In this document: piece after piece, positions 53,587 through 62,124 of the stretch
How the letters are laid out: each line of letters opens with the position of its first letter
Numbering within the stretch: the first letter of the stretch is position 1
DNA from: Terriglobia bacterium
Lineage (GTDB): Bacteria; Acidobacteriota; Terriglobia; 20CM-2-55-15
Assembly: GCA_965218585.1 (NCBI GenBank)
Contig: CBDCLE010000008.1
Location: 1-64,000 of the forward strand
Direction of reading: 5' to 3'
DNA: 64,000 nt
The notes under the pieces: model-generated
What the model was told of the DNA's origin: nothing
The model's database searches: none
What the model saw: only the letters and a program-made list of their open reading frames with translations
Position numbers and translations under genes: made by a program

Positions 53587-54639
53587 CTAGCGGGATATTA
53601 CATCGCTGTAAGCCGGAAAACCCGGGATTGAGGTCGCTTCCTTGACTGCACGAAGGATCGCGTCAGCTAGGACTTCTGCGGCCAGTGCGCCGATCGTCCC
53701 CAGACTTGCCGTGGCTTCCGACGTCCCTGTCGACAGGGAAAACACGGTGTCACCATCTGCAGGTGTATGTGCGGGGTAGATCGTTCGCGCCAGGGCGTCC
53801 TGGGCCATCTGCGCAACCTTCGTCATCTCGGTCTTAGAAAAAGACACGTTGGTGGCTACCGCGCCGATCGTTGTGTTCCCTCCAGGCTCTGCGGCGGAGG
53901 TTTCTCCCGACAAGATCATCTGCCGTGTGTCCACAAAACCTGAGCCATCAGTATTTCGTGCGCCCGCGATGATTTCCCCAGTTGCTGGATCTATGACGTT
54001 GCCAACGCAATTTACCGCCACAATTGCGCCAACTACGATGCCGTTACCGATGGTGTGGCTGGAAGTTCCCAGTCCGCCCTTCATTGCTCGACCAGGGCCG
54101 GCCGTCTTTCCCACCGTCGCTCCGGCGCCCGCACCGACGTTGCCTTCGGCGACAGGGTCGGAAGTCGCGCCCTGGGCTGCGGCGTAACCCGCGTCGGCAT
54201 CCGGCCAGATCGAAGCGTCTCCCAGATTGAGATCGTAAAGTATGGCTGCGGGTACGATCGGAACGTTTGCTGCGCGTGTGGGGAAGCCGATGTCGCGTTC
54301 GCGCAGATAACGAACGACTCCGGTCGCCGCATCCAGTCCGAAAGCACTACCTCCGGAAAGCAGGACCGCGTGAACCTCTTCTACAGTGTTGACCGGACTC
54401 AGCAGGTCTGTTTCCCGTGTGCCTGGAGCCGATCCGCGGACGTCGACACCCGCGACTGCGCCCGCTTCGGTCAGGATCACCGTGCAGCCAGTGGGTCTTT
54501 CGGACGACGTAAAGTGCCCCACCCGGATGCCATCGACATCGGTAATGCTGGCCCGGGTCTGGGGGTTATTCTGAAACGGCGGATGCAACATGTAGGCCGC
54601 ACCGCCAAGTAATGTCTGTCCAAATATTCTTCGACGCAT
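53587..54639 (-). CDS. P1/S58 family peptidase (DmpA-like)
   Basis: ITDV.GIRVGH, RGSAPGTRET, LSGGSAFGL, GNVGAG.GA, NTTIG, DGDTVF. Confidence 0.9.
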   Translation of the reverse strand: MRRRIFGQTLLGGAAYMLHPPFQNNPQTRASITDVDGIRVGHFTSSERPTGCTVILTEAGAVAGVDVRGSAPGTRETDLLSPVNTVEEVHAVLLSGGSAFGLDAATGVVRYLRERDIGFPTRAANVPIVPAAILYDLNLGDASIWPDADAGYAAAQGATSDPVAEGNVGAGAGATVGKTAGPGRAMKGGLGTSSHTIGNGIVVGAIVAVNCVGNVIDPATGEIIAGARNTDGSGFVDTRQMILSGETSAAEPGGNTTIGAVATNVSFSKTEMTKVAQMAQDALARTIYPAHTPADGDTVFSLSTGTSEATASLGTIGALAAEVLADAILRAVKEATSIPGFPAYSDVISR

Positions 54640-54645
54640 CGTTCT

Positions 54646-56055
54646 TTAAGATTTCGACTCTGTTTTCAGGTCGTGGCGCCACCGTGCCAACATTAATGCT
54701 AACGCACAAATGATTCCAATCGCATACGGAGTCAGGATGCCGAAACCCGCACCATCAGTCCAGAAATATACGACCACGGTGATTCCGACAGATCCGATGA
54801 CTGTCCACAACGCAGTCCTTGCCTTGGGGACTTTCGAATAGAGACCCACGAGTGTGGGAATAAACAAGGCAACGCCCAGTAGTCCGTAGAAGATCGTCAG
54901 CCCCTGGATAATCGACGGCAGGACTATGGCCAGGGCTACAGCTAGTATGCCGCCAGCCACCGCCGCAGCGCGGCTGACCTTGAGCAACTGCCTGTCGTCG
55001 GCATCCGGTTTCAGAAACCTCTTGTAGAGATCCACACTGAGGGAGGTCGACAGCATGAAAAGAATCGCGTCCGATGAACTGAGTTCAGCCGACAGAACGG
55101 CCGCCAGTGCCAGCACGCCGATCCCTACCGGGAGCAACTCGATCATGACCTGTGGCAGCGCGAGTTCGGGATCTTCCAGATTGGGAAAGTTGGCGTACGC
55201 GACCATGCCGAAGAAGGCGGGCACGAAGGCGAACAAGAGCAGGCCGATGGCGTTCAGATTGATGCCGATCCGCGCGGTTCGTTCGTCGCGCGCTCCGTAG
55301 AGCTTCTGTATGAGACCGGGGGAGACGATAAAGGCCGGGACCAGTAACACGAGATATGCGAGGATACCGCGTCCTCCGACGCCGGTCATGCTGGAATAGG
55401 ATGGATCCCGGGTGGCCGACAATGTCTCTCTGAGACCTTCCCATCCACCGCTTCCTTCCAATGCGAAAGGAATTGCGATGAGAAAACCTCCCAGCATGAA
55501 CACCAGTTGGACGACGTTGACGCGAGCTGCCGTCTGAAGACCTCCAGCTGCAAAATATGCCATCACCACAACGCCGCCCGCAATCGCGCCCTGCCACTGC
55601 GGCCATCCCACTACGATTTCCAGAACGCGGGAGATGGCAATCAGTTGCACCGCGAGGATGGCCAACGTGCCGACCCACAGCAGGGAGGCCACGATTCCCC
55701 GAACCGCCCGGTCATAGCGGAGATCGATGAAATCGCCCATCGTATCCAGATTGTGTCGTTTTGCGATCCGCCAGATCGACGGGCCGACGATGTTGGCCAG
55801 GACCAGGGAACCTATTCCGGCCGAGCCGACCCACCACCACGCCGAAAGCCCCAACTCGTATCCGATACCAGCCGCTCCCACCGTTGAACCCGCTCCGATA
55901 TTGGCTGCCAGGAACGTCGTGAATATCAGGCCCGGCCCGAGGTTCCGTCCGGCCACGAGAAAGTCCGTGGCATGGCGCACCTTGCGGGATATGACGAGTC
56001 CGAAAACGATGATTCCGACCAGATACGCGATCAGTAGAGTGAGTTGGAGGGTCAT
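54646..56055 (-). CDS. Sodium:solute symporter family protein
   Basis: DFLVAGR.LG, GG......., A..SA.LSS.D and many TM helices; ATG 56055. Confidence 0.9.
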   Translation of the reverse strand: MTLQLTLLIAYLVGIIVFGLVISRKVRHATDFLVAGRNLGPGLIFTTFLAANIGAGSTVGAAGIGYELGLSAWWWVGSAGIGSLVLANIVGPSIWRIAKRHNLDTMGDFIDLRYDRAVRGIVASLLWVGTLAILAVQLIAISRVLEIVVGWPQWQGAIAGGVVVMAYFAAGGLQTAARVNVVQLVFMLGGFLIAIPFALEGSGGWEGLRETLSATRDPSYSSMTGVGGRGILAYLVLLVPAFIVSPGLIQKLYGARDERTARIGINLNAIGLLLFAFVPAFFGMVAYANFPNLEDPELALPQVMIELLPVGIGVLALAAVLSAELSSSDAILFMLSTSLSVDLYKRFLKPDADDRQLLKVSRAAAVAGGILAVALAIVLPSIIQGLTIFYGLLGVALFIPTLVGLYSKVPKARTALWTVIGSVGITVVVYFWTDGAGFGILTPYAIGIICALALMLARWRHDLKTESKS

Positions 56056-56117
56056 TCCTGCCCTGAGCGGCCGGCGCGGATTAGTTTCGGCTAAACTAAT
56101 GTCCATCGAAGGCCGCA

Positions 56118-57221
56118 ATGAAAAGCTTGATTCAGGAAAACATACCTCTGTCTCCATTGACAACCCTGGGGATCGGTGGGCCAGCCCGTTATTTCGTCGA
56201 AGCACGCTCCGAAGACGCCGTCTCGGGAGCTATTGAGTTTGTCCGAAAAAAGAACCTGCCCCTGATGATTCTCGGCGGTGGCAGTAACGTGCTTGTTTCA
56301 GACACGGGTTTCCCCGGTCTGGTGCTCCGGATCCGAATCGAAGGTCTGGAAGAAACGGAAACTGAAGACGGATTTCTTGTCCGTGCAGGATCCGGTGTGG
56401 ACTGGGACGGATTCGTGGCGCACTCAGTGGACCGGAAACTCTTTGGCATCGAATGCCTGAGTGGAATTCCTGGTTGGGTTGGCGGGACTCCGATACAGAA
56501 CGTGGGTGCGTACGGACAGGAAGCTTCCGATGTCATTTCGGGTGTGCGCGTATACGACCGGGATGCCGGAATTGTTCGGGAGCTGTCTTCTGAGGAATGC
56601 GAGTTCGAGTACCGGACCAGCGTCTTCAATACAACTGCACGCGGTCGATACGTCGTCCTTTCCGTAGAGTATGATTTGAAGCGAGAGGGACTCCCGAGGG
56701 TCGACTATCCGAATCTGGAAACCTATTTCGAAAGCGATCCGGAACCGAGTCTCGCCCAAGTCCGGGATGCGGTCCGAAAGATTCGTGCAAGTAAGGCGAT
56801 GCTCCGGATCGAGGGTGATCCGGACTGCGCCAGTGCCGGTTCGTTCTTTAAGAACCCGATTCTGGATCGAACCTCGTACGCCACACTTGAGACTCGCGCG
56901 CGAGGGACGGACAGTCTTTCGACCGATGAGGACATTCCCCACTACGACACCGACGACGGAATGGTAAAGGTGTCGGCGGCGTGGTTGATCGAGCGCGCAG
57001 GATACGGCAAGGGGACCTCGGACGGTTCCGTTGGACTTAGTAGAAAGCATGCATTGGCGCTCATCAATCGAGGCGGGGGGACGGCCGAAGACATACTTCG
57101 GTTTGCCGGAGCCATTCAGTCTCGTGTCGAAGATCGATTTGGTGTCCGCCTGGTGACCGAACCTGTGTTTGCAGGGTTTTCATCCGCTGTCGTCAGGCGT
57201 TTCGGAGCGATTCGCGCATGA
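56118..57221 (+). CDS. murB: UDP-N-acetylmuramate dehydrogenase
   Basis: TTLGIGGPA, GGGSN, IPG.VGGTPIQNVGAYG, YRTS.F, SAGSFFKNP, KHALALIN, EP. Confidence 0.96.
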   Translation: MKSLIQENIPLSPLTTLGIGGPARYFVEARSEDAVSGAIEFVRKKNLPLMILGGGSNVLVSDTGFPGLVLRIRIEGLEETETEDGFLVRAGSGVDWDGFVAHSVDRKLFGIECLSGIPGWVGGTPIQNVGAYGQEASDVISGVRVYDRDAGIVRELSSEECEFEYRTSVFNTTARGRYVVLSVEYDLKREGLPRVDYPNLETYFESDPEPSLAQVRDAVRKIRASKAMLRIEGDPDCASAGSFFKNPILDRTSYATLETRARGTDSLSTDEDIPHYDTDDGMVKVSAAWLIERAGYGKGTSDGSVGLSRKHALALINRGGGTAEDILRFAGAIQSRVEDRFGVRLVTEPVFAGFSSAVVRRFGAIRA

Positions 57222-57237
57222 CCCCGACGGAGACGAG

Positions 57238-57413
57238 GATTTCGCTCGATCATAGATTCAGACAGGATGTCTGAATCTATGAGGTCGGGCGACCCTCGCA
57301 ATCATCCTGATGGCGAGGCCTATCGGGATCCGTTGAATGTTCAAGACGAGAGAGAAGGACCCGCACCGGTTCGACGGTGCGGGTGGCCAACGAGGCGTAG
57401 CCGAGGCGGCAGT
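57238..57413 (+). repeat. About 170-nt multi-hairpin intergenic element, copy 2
   Basis: Colinear similarity to 46850-47019; 14-bp stem TCATAGATTCAGAC-AGGAT-GTCTGAATCTATGA. Confidence 0.75.
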
Positions 57414-57537
57414 AGTAGAAATGGAGTGGGAATTGGGCAGATTTTCAAACCGTTGCGTTCCCACATCCTGTCGCAATTGCCTATAGCTGAAGGTACAATG
57501 AGTTTCTGGAGAAGTGACACTTTAGGTAAGGGGGAGC

Positions 57538-58638
57538 ATGGCCGCGCAAAACAAAAGTGACAATTCCGGATCTGCGCCTGCAGAAGAGCAGATACTTGGC
57601 GAACTACGCAAGGTAGTCGATCCGGATCTCAACAAAGACATCGTTTCGTTGGGATTTGTACGGAACCTCGCGATCGATGGCGGCGCGGTGGCATTCGACA
57701 TCAACCTGACCACCCCAGCGTGCCCGGTCAAAGACGTCATGCGAGACCAGGCAACGAGTTTCGTCGCCGCGCTGCCCGGGGTCAGCGACGTGAAAGTGAA
57801 CATGACTGCCGAGGTGCGCGCATCGCCCACGACAGGCAAAGGTGCGCTTTCTAAGGTGCGCAACATCGTCGCCGTTGGCAGCGGCAAGGGCGGTGTCGGA
57901 AAATCCACGATAGCGGTGAACCTGGCGGCGGCACTGGCCGGGTCGGGCGCCAAGGTCGGGCTTCTGGACGGCGACATCTATGGCCCGTCTCTGCCGATCA
58001 TGTTGGGATCCAGAGGCGAACCGGATCACGTCGGTGGAAAGATCGTACCCAAGGAATCGGCCGGCCTCAAGTTCATGTCCATGGGCCTGCTCGTCAAGTC
58101 GCCGGATCAACCTTTGATCTGGCGGGGCCCCATGGCTCACAAGGCGTTCCAACAATGTCTTTTCGACGTGGAGTGGGGTGAACTCGATTACCTGCTCATT
58201 GATCTGCCTCCGGGGACCGGTGACGTGCACCTGACCCTCGCCCAGTCGGTTCCGGTAACAGGCGCGGTCATAGTGTCGACGCCTCAGGACGTGGGTCTTC
58301 AGATTTCGGTCAAGACGCTTCGGATGTTCCAGCAGACCAAGGTTCCTATTCTGGGAATCATCGAGAACATGTCCTACTGGATCTGCGGACATTGCGGTGA
58401 GAAGGACTTCATCTTTGGTGAAGATGGAGCGCGTCGGGCGGCCGAGCAGATGGAGATTCCCTTCCTGGGAGCCGTGCCCCTGGATCTACCGATTCGAGAG
58501 CAATCGGATCTGGGCGAACCCATTGTAATTGCGGACCCTGATGCGGCCAGCAGCGTCGTCCTCAGACAGATTGCGGAACAGCTGGCGGCACAAGTCAGTA
58601 TCCAGACCTACAAGACACCGGTCCTGGAGGTCGAGTAG
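57538..58638 (+). CDS. mrp: Mrp/ApbC/NBP35 Fe-S cluster carrier ATPase with N-terminal DUF59 domain
   Basis: DPDL..DIVSLG, TTPACP, GKGGVGKST, WRGPM, DLPPGTGD, ENMS..C..C. Confidence 0.93.
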   Translation: MAAQNKSDNSGSAPAEEQILGELRKVVDPDLNKDIVSLGFVRNLAIDGGAVAFDINLTTPACPVKDVMRDQATSFVAALPGVSDVKVNMTAEVRASPTTGKGALSKVRNIVAVGSGKGGVGKSTIAVNLAAALAGSGAKVGLLDGDIYGPSLPIMLGSRGEPDHVGGKIVPKESAGLKFMSMGLLVKSPDQPLIWRGPMAHKAFQQCLFDVEWGELDYLLIDLPPGTGDVHLTLAQSVPVTGAVIVSTPQDVGLQISVKTLRMFQQTKVPILGIIENMSYWICGHCGEKDFIFGEDGARRAAEQMEIPFLGAVPLDLPIREQSDLGEPIVIADPDAASSVVLRQIAEQLAAQVSIQTYKTPVLEVE

Positions 58639-58971
58639 ATGCCGACCGGGACGGGCTCTACCGATCCGGTCAAGATCAAGAAGATCAACGGCAAGGAGTT
58701 GATGATCGTCTGGGACGACGATCACGAGAGTCACTACGTCGGCGCTATCTTGCGGGGCCTCTGCCCGTGCGCTTCCTGCCAGGACGAGGACACGGGCGAA
58801 CGGCTGATCCTTCCCATGCACATCTCCGACGAACTCGAGTTCAGTAACATCGAACTGGTCGGACACTACGCACTTCAGTTCCTCTGGAGCGATGGACACC
58901 GGACCGGGATATACAGCTTCGAGTATCTACGACGCCTTTGTCCCTGTGACGAGTGCAGAGGGCGTAACTGA
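58639..58971 (+). CDS. DUF971 (GBBH-like N-terminal) protein
   Basis: W.D.H, LR..CPCA.C, VG.YAL...WSDGH.TGIY. Confidence 0.9.
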   Translation: MPTGTGSTDPVKIKKINGKELMIVWDDDHESHYVGAILRGLCPCASCQDEDTGERLILPMHISDELEFSNIELVGHYALQFLWSDGHRTGIYSFEYLRRLCPCDECRGRN

Positions 58972-59005
58972 AAGGTTCAAAAACGACAAAAGCAGAACCG
59001 ATCCG

Positions 59006-59067
59006 AACCGAGAGACGCAGAGAAGGGAAGAGGATTAAAGACTCTGCGCCCTCTGCGCCTCCGCGTT
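59006..59067. repeat. CGCAGAG/CTCTGCG imperfect palindromic repeat
   Basis: GAGACGCAGAG..CTCTGCGCCCTCTGCGCCTCCGCGTT between convergent genes. Confidence 0.75.
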
Positions 59068-59075
59068 AGGTTCTT

Positions 59076-59645
59076 CTAGGCTTTGGGTCGATCTGTCTTA
59101 GAGAATTCGATCTTCTTTTGTGCCTGATATTTGCCTTTTCGGTCCTTATATGAGACCTCGCAGGGTTCATCCGACTGAAAAAAAAGAACCTGGCAAAGTC
59201 CCTCGTTTGCGTAGACACGGACCGCCGCAGGCGTCGTGTTAGCGATGGAAATCGTTGGGAACCCTTCCCATTCGGGTTCGAACGGTGTGACGTTAACCAG
59301 GACCCCTGCACGCGCGTATGTCGACTTTCCAAGACACAGCGTCAGGACGTCCCGCGGAATCCTCAGATACTCCAACGTCCGGCCTAAAACATAGGCATTA
59401 GGAGGGATATCGCAGTGCGGGCCCTGGTGTTCGATGTAATATTCGGGCCCAATCGCCTTCGGATCGATCAGTCGACCTGCAGGAGGAGCGAAGATTCTGA
59501 ACTCGTCGGCAAGCCGTAAATCATAGCCATAGGAGGACAATCCGTATGAGATTTTGCCTCGAGCGACCTGTCCGGCGCTAAAGGGTTCGATCATATTGTC
59601 CTGCTCGCATTTACGTCGTATCCAGGAATCCGGCTTAATAGCCAT
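59076..59645 (-). CDS. dcd: dCTP deaminase
   Basis: [39 protein letters not shown]. Confidence 0.95.
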   Translation of the reverse strand: MAIKPDSWIRRKCEQDNMIEPFSAGQVARGKISYGLSSYGYDLRLADEFRIFAPPAGRLIDPKAIGPEYYIEHQGPHCDIPPNAYVLGRTLEYLRIPRDVLTLCLGKSTYARAGVLVNVTPFEPEWEGFPTISIANTTPAAVRVYANEGLCQVLFFQSDEPCEVSYKDRKGKYQAQKKIEFSKTDRPKA

Positions 59646-59725
59646 TGCTTCAGGCCCCCTTCGGATGGTAAAAGATGTAAGAATATGGTTTCAAAAGAGA
59701 TAGCTCACGTTACTGGAGGTTTGCT

Positions 59726-59993
59726 GTGATCAAGGTCGATCTTGTCAATCAGATCGTCGCTCGCACTGGAGTCAGCAAGACCAAGGCCGAGCAAGCTGTC
59801 GACACCATTTTTGGTTCGATGAAGCAGGCCCTGAAGCGCGACGATCGCATTGAACTCAGGGGCTTTGGCGTTTTTTTCGGTCAAGCCGCGGAAGACTGGG
59901 ATCGGTCGCAATCCTCGTACCGGATCCGAAGTCAGTATTCCCCCGGGTAAGGCCGTTCGATTCAAACCTGGAAAAGACCTGCAATCGTTGTAG
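59726..59993 (+). CDS. HU/IHF family DNA-binding protein with a +1 frameshift in a T7 run
   Basis: IELRGFGVF, then in the next frame SVKPRKTGIGRNPRTG..FKPGKDL; span is 268 nt, one extra base. Confidence 0.88.
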
Positions 59994-60053
59994 TGTCCGG
60001 TCTAGTTCATGCGAGGCCCAGCGCTCGAGACGACGCTTGGGTCGCGTAGTTCG

Positions 60054-60977
60054 ATGGACAACCACGCTTTCAACGGGTTGACGCCGCTAACCGCATCCGA
60101 ACGGTCACCGTTTCCATGGGTGAACGTCGTTCTGTTCGCCACTACTATACTGACCACACTCGTTGTAGGAACGACGTTGATGGCGTCCTTCCAGGACGAT
60201 GTGTTCCCCGAACCGGGCGGTATCTTTCGGGCGATGCTCGAACAGCCCACGTTACTCCTCTTGGGGTTGCCGTTCAGCGCATCCCTTATGTTGATCCTGT
60301 TGGCCCACGAAATGGGTCACTATCTGACTTGCCGCTACTACGGAATCTCTGCGTCTCTTCCGTACTTCATTCCGGCCCCGACGTTGATCGGCACCTTCGG
60401 TGCGTTCATCCGCATCCGTTCGCCCATTCACCATCGTGCTGCGTTGCTTGATGTCGGTGTCGCCGGCCCCATCGCGGGTTTTGTTCTGGCGCTTCCTACG
60501 TTGGCATTCGGGCTGACGCAATCGCGCTATATGGAGTTCGAGCCCGAAGGTTTGTACGTCACGTTCGGGGAACCGCTGATCTTCAAGATCTTTGTGTATG
60601 CGGTTGGAGCCGTACCACCTCCCGGCATGGAGCTCTACATGCATCCGATCGTTCTTGCCGCCTGGGTCGGCCTGCTGGTTACCGCTCTTAACCTTCTACC
60701 GGTTGGGCAGCTCGACGGAGGACACATAGCTTACGCTCTGTTCGGACGCTTTCACAAGCGGATCTCCCAGGTGTTCGTCTTCGCTCTCGTGCCGTTGGGA
60801 GTGTTCTATTGGCCGGGGTGGTTTGTCTGGATTTTCCTGCTCGCGATCATGGGGACGCGGCATCCTCCAACAATGGACGATTCCGTCCCGTTGGAGCCGC
60901 GGCATGTGAAGCTGGGATGGTTTGCGTTGGTGATGCTCGTACTTTGCTTCATGCCCGAACCCGTGAGTATTTCCTAA
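60054..60977 (+). CDS. Site-2 protease (M50) family protein
   Basis: HEMGH, PYFIP..GTFGAFI, AGPIAG, NLLPVGQLDGGH. Confidence 0.92.
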   Translation: MDNHAFNGLTPLTASERSPFPWVNVVLFATTILTTLVVGTTLMASFQDDVFPEPGGIFRAMLEQPTLLLLGLPFSASLMLILLAHEMGHYLTCRYYGISASLPYFIPAPTLIGTFGAFIRIRSPIHHRAALLDVGVAGPIAGFVLALPTLAFGLTQSRYMEFEPEGLYVTFGEPLIFKIFVYAVGAVPPPGMELYMHPIVLAAWVGLLVTALNLLPVGQLDGGHIAYALFGRFHKRISQVFVFALVPLGVFYWPGWFVWIFLLAIMGTRHPPTMDDSVPLEPRHVKLGWFALVMLVLCFMPEPVSIS

Positions 60978-61000
60978 AAGCTGAGTTCCACTACGGGCTG

Positions 61001-61912
61001 CTATCGGCTATCAGCTGTCAGCCGATCGCCCGGCCGGTATGTTTGTAGAAACTCCAGCAGCGCCACTGCCGTTGGCGCCAGTTGTTTGTGCCGGCGGTGG
61101 ACGATACCGACCGGACGGATCAGCTCAGGCATGTCAATCGGAACCGCCGCCAATACGCCCACCTCAACCTCTCTTCGAACACTCGGGCGGGGCAGGATGC
61201 TGACACCCTCCTGCGTGGCGATCGCTTGCTTGATCGTCTCGATGTTGTCGAATTGCATGGCGATATCGACCTTTTGACCTCTGCTTCTAAGCGCACGGTC
61301 GACTGCCTTTCGAATCGAAAGAGTCTTATCGAATGCGACGAACTTTTCTTTGGCAACTTCCGCGGCGTTGACCACTTTCGCTTTGGCAAGTGAATGCTCG
61401 GCCGAGCAGACGAAGACCATGGGCTCGGAGTGCCACGGAATTTTTGTCATCGTTCGGTTCGAGCCGGGGAATGACAGGATTCCCAGGTCCGCAGCGTCCG
61501 AATTGACAGCTTCGACGACTTCGTCCGGATGGAGGTAGGCAAGCCGTATGCGAGCACGCGGATATTGTGCCGTAAAGTTCTGGGTATACCACCCCATGTC
61601 CTGTAAGCCGACCGAGTAGATCACGGCCACGCGCACTGTTCCTTCGATCCGGGTCTTGTGAGTGTTGATTTCAGCCTTCGCCTTCTCAAGACATTCGACT
61701 ATCTCCTGGCAGGCTTCGAAGAAGACATTGCCCTCCGGCGTAATCGCAAAGGGACGCTTGGTCCGATCGATAAGCTGGACCCCCAATTCCTGCTCCAGCT
61801 GCCGCACGGATTGACTTGCCGCGGACTGTGAGACATGGTTGGCCGCCGCGCCGAGCGAAAAGCTGTTGGAACGGATGACGTCCGAGAAGAGGTAGAGGGT
61901 CTCCAGGTTCAT
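61001..61912 (-). CDS. LysR family transcriptional regulator (probable gltBD regulator)
   Basis: SFS..A....SQSA.SQ.VRQLE.ELGV.L.DR HTH; divergent from gltB. Confidence 0.93.
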   Translation of the reverse strand: MNLETLYLFSDVIRSNSFSLGAAANHVSQSAASQSVRQLEQELGVQLIDRTKRPFAITPEGNVFFEACQEIVECLEKAKAEINTHKTRIEGTVRVAVIYSVGLQDMGWYTQNFTAQYPRARIRLAYLHPDEVVEAVNSDAADLGILSFPGSNRTMTKIPWHSEPMVFVCSAEHSLAKAKVVNAAEVAKEKFVAFDKTLSIRKAVDRALRSRGQKVDIAMQFDNIETIKQAIATQEGVSILPRPSVRREVEVGVLAAVPIDMPELIRPVGIVHRRHKQLAPTAVALLEFLQTYRPGDRLTADSR

Positions 61913-61928
61913 ATTTGGAACGTATAAT

Positions 61929-61943
61929 ATAAGAATTACTTAT
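61929..61943. promoter_or_regulatory. Putative LysR box ATAAG-N5-CTTAT
   Basis: Dyad containing T-N11-A in the AT-rich lysR/gltB intergenic region. Confidence 0.6.
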
Positions 61944-62124
61944 GCAAAGTAATTATATTTTTCCAGATGACTTATTTTCTGAAAAAGCTTAAAGTCTACG
62001 GATGCCCGTGCCCGGATTTGCCCACCGGTTTTCGTCGTAAGACTCCTCCAGGGATAGTTTTGGAGAACCCACGCGGGGACGTAAACCCTTATGTGGCAGT
62101 GAATCTGGCATGTAGTCAGGAGAA

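Noticed and set aside
59871-59877. Programmed frameshift or phase variation in the HU gene
   Set aside because: One extra T in a homopolymer in a window with many similar indels; most likely sequencing error.
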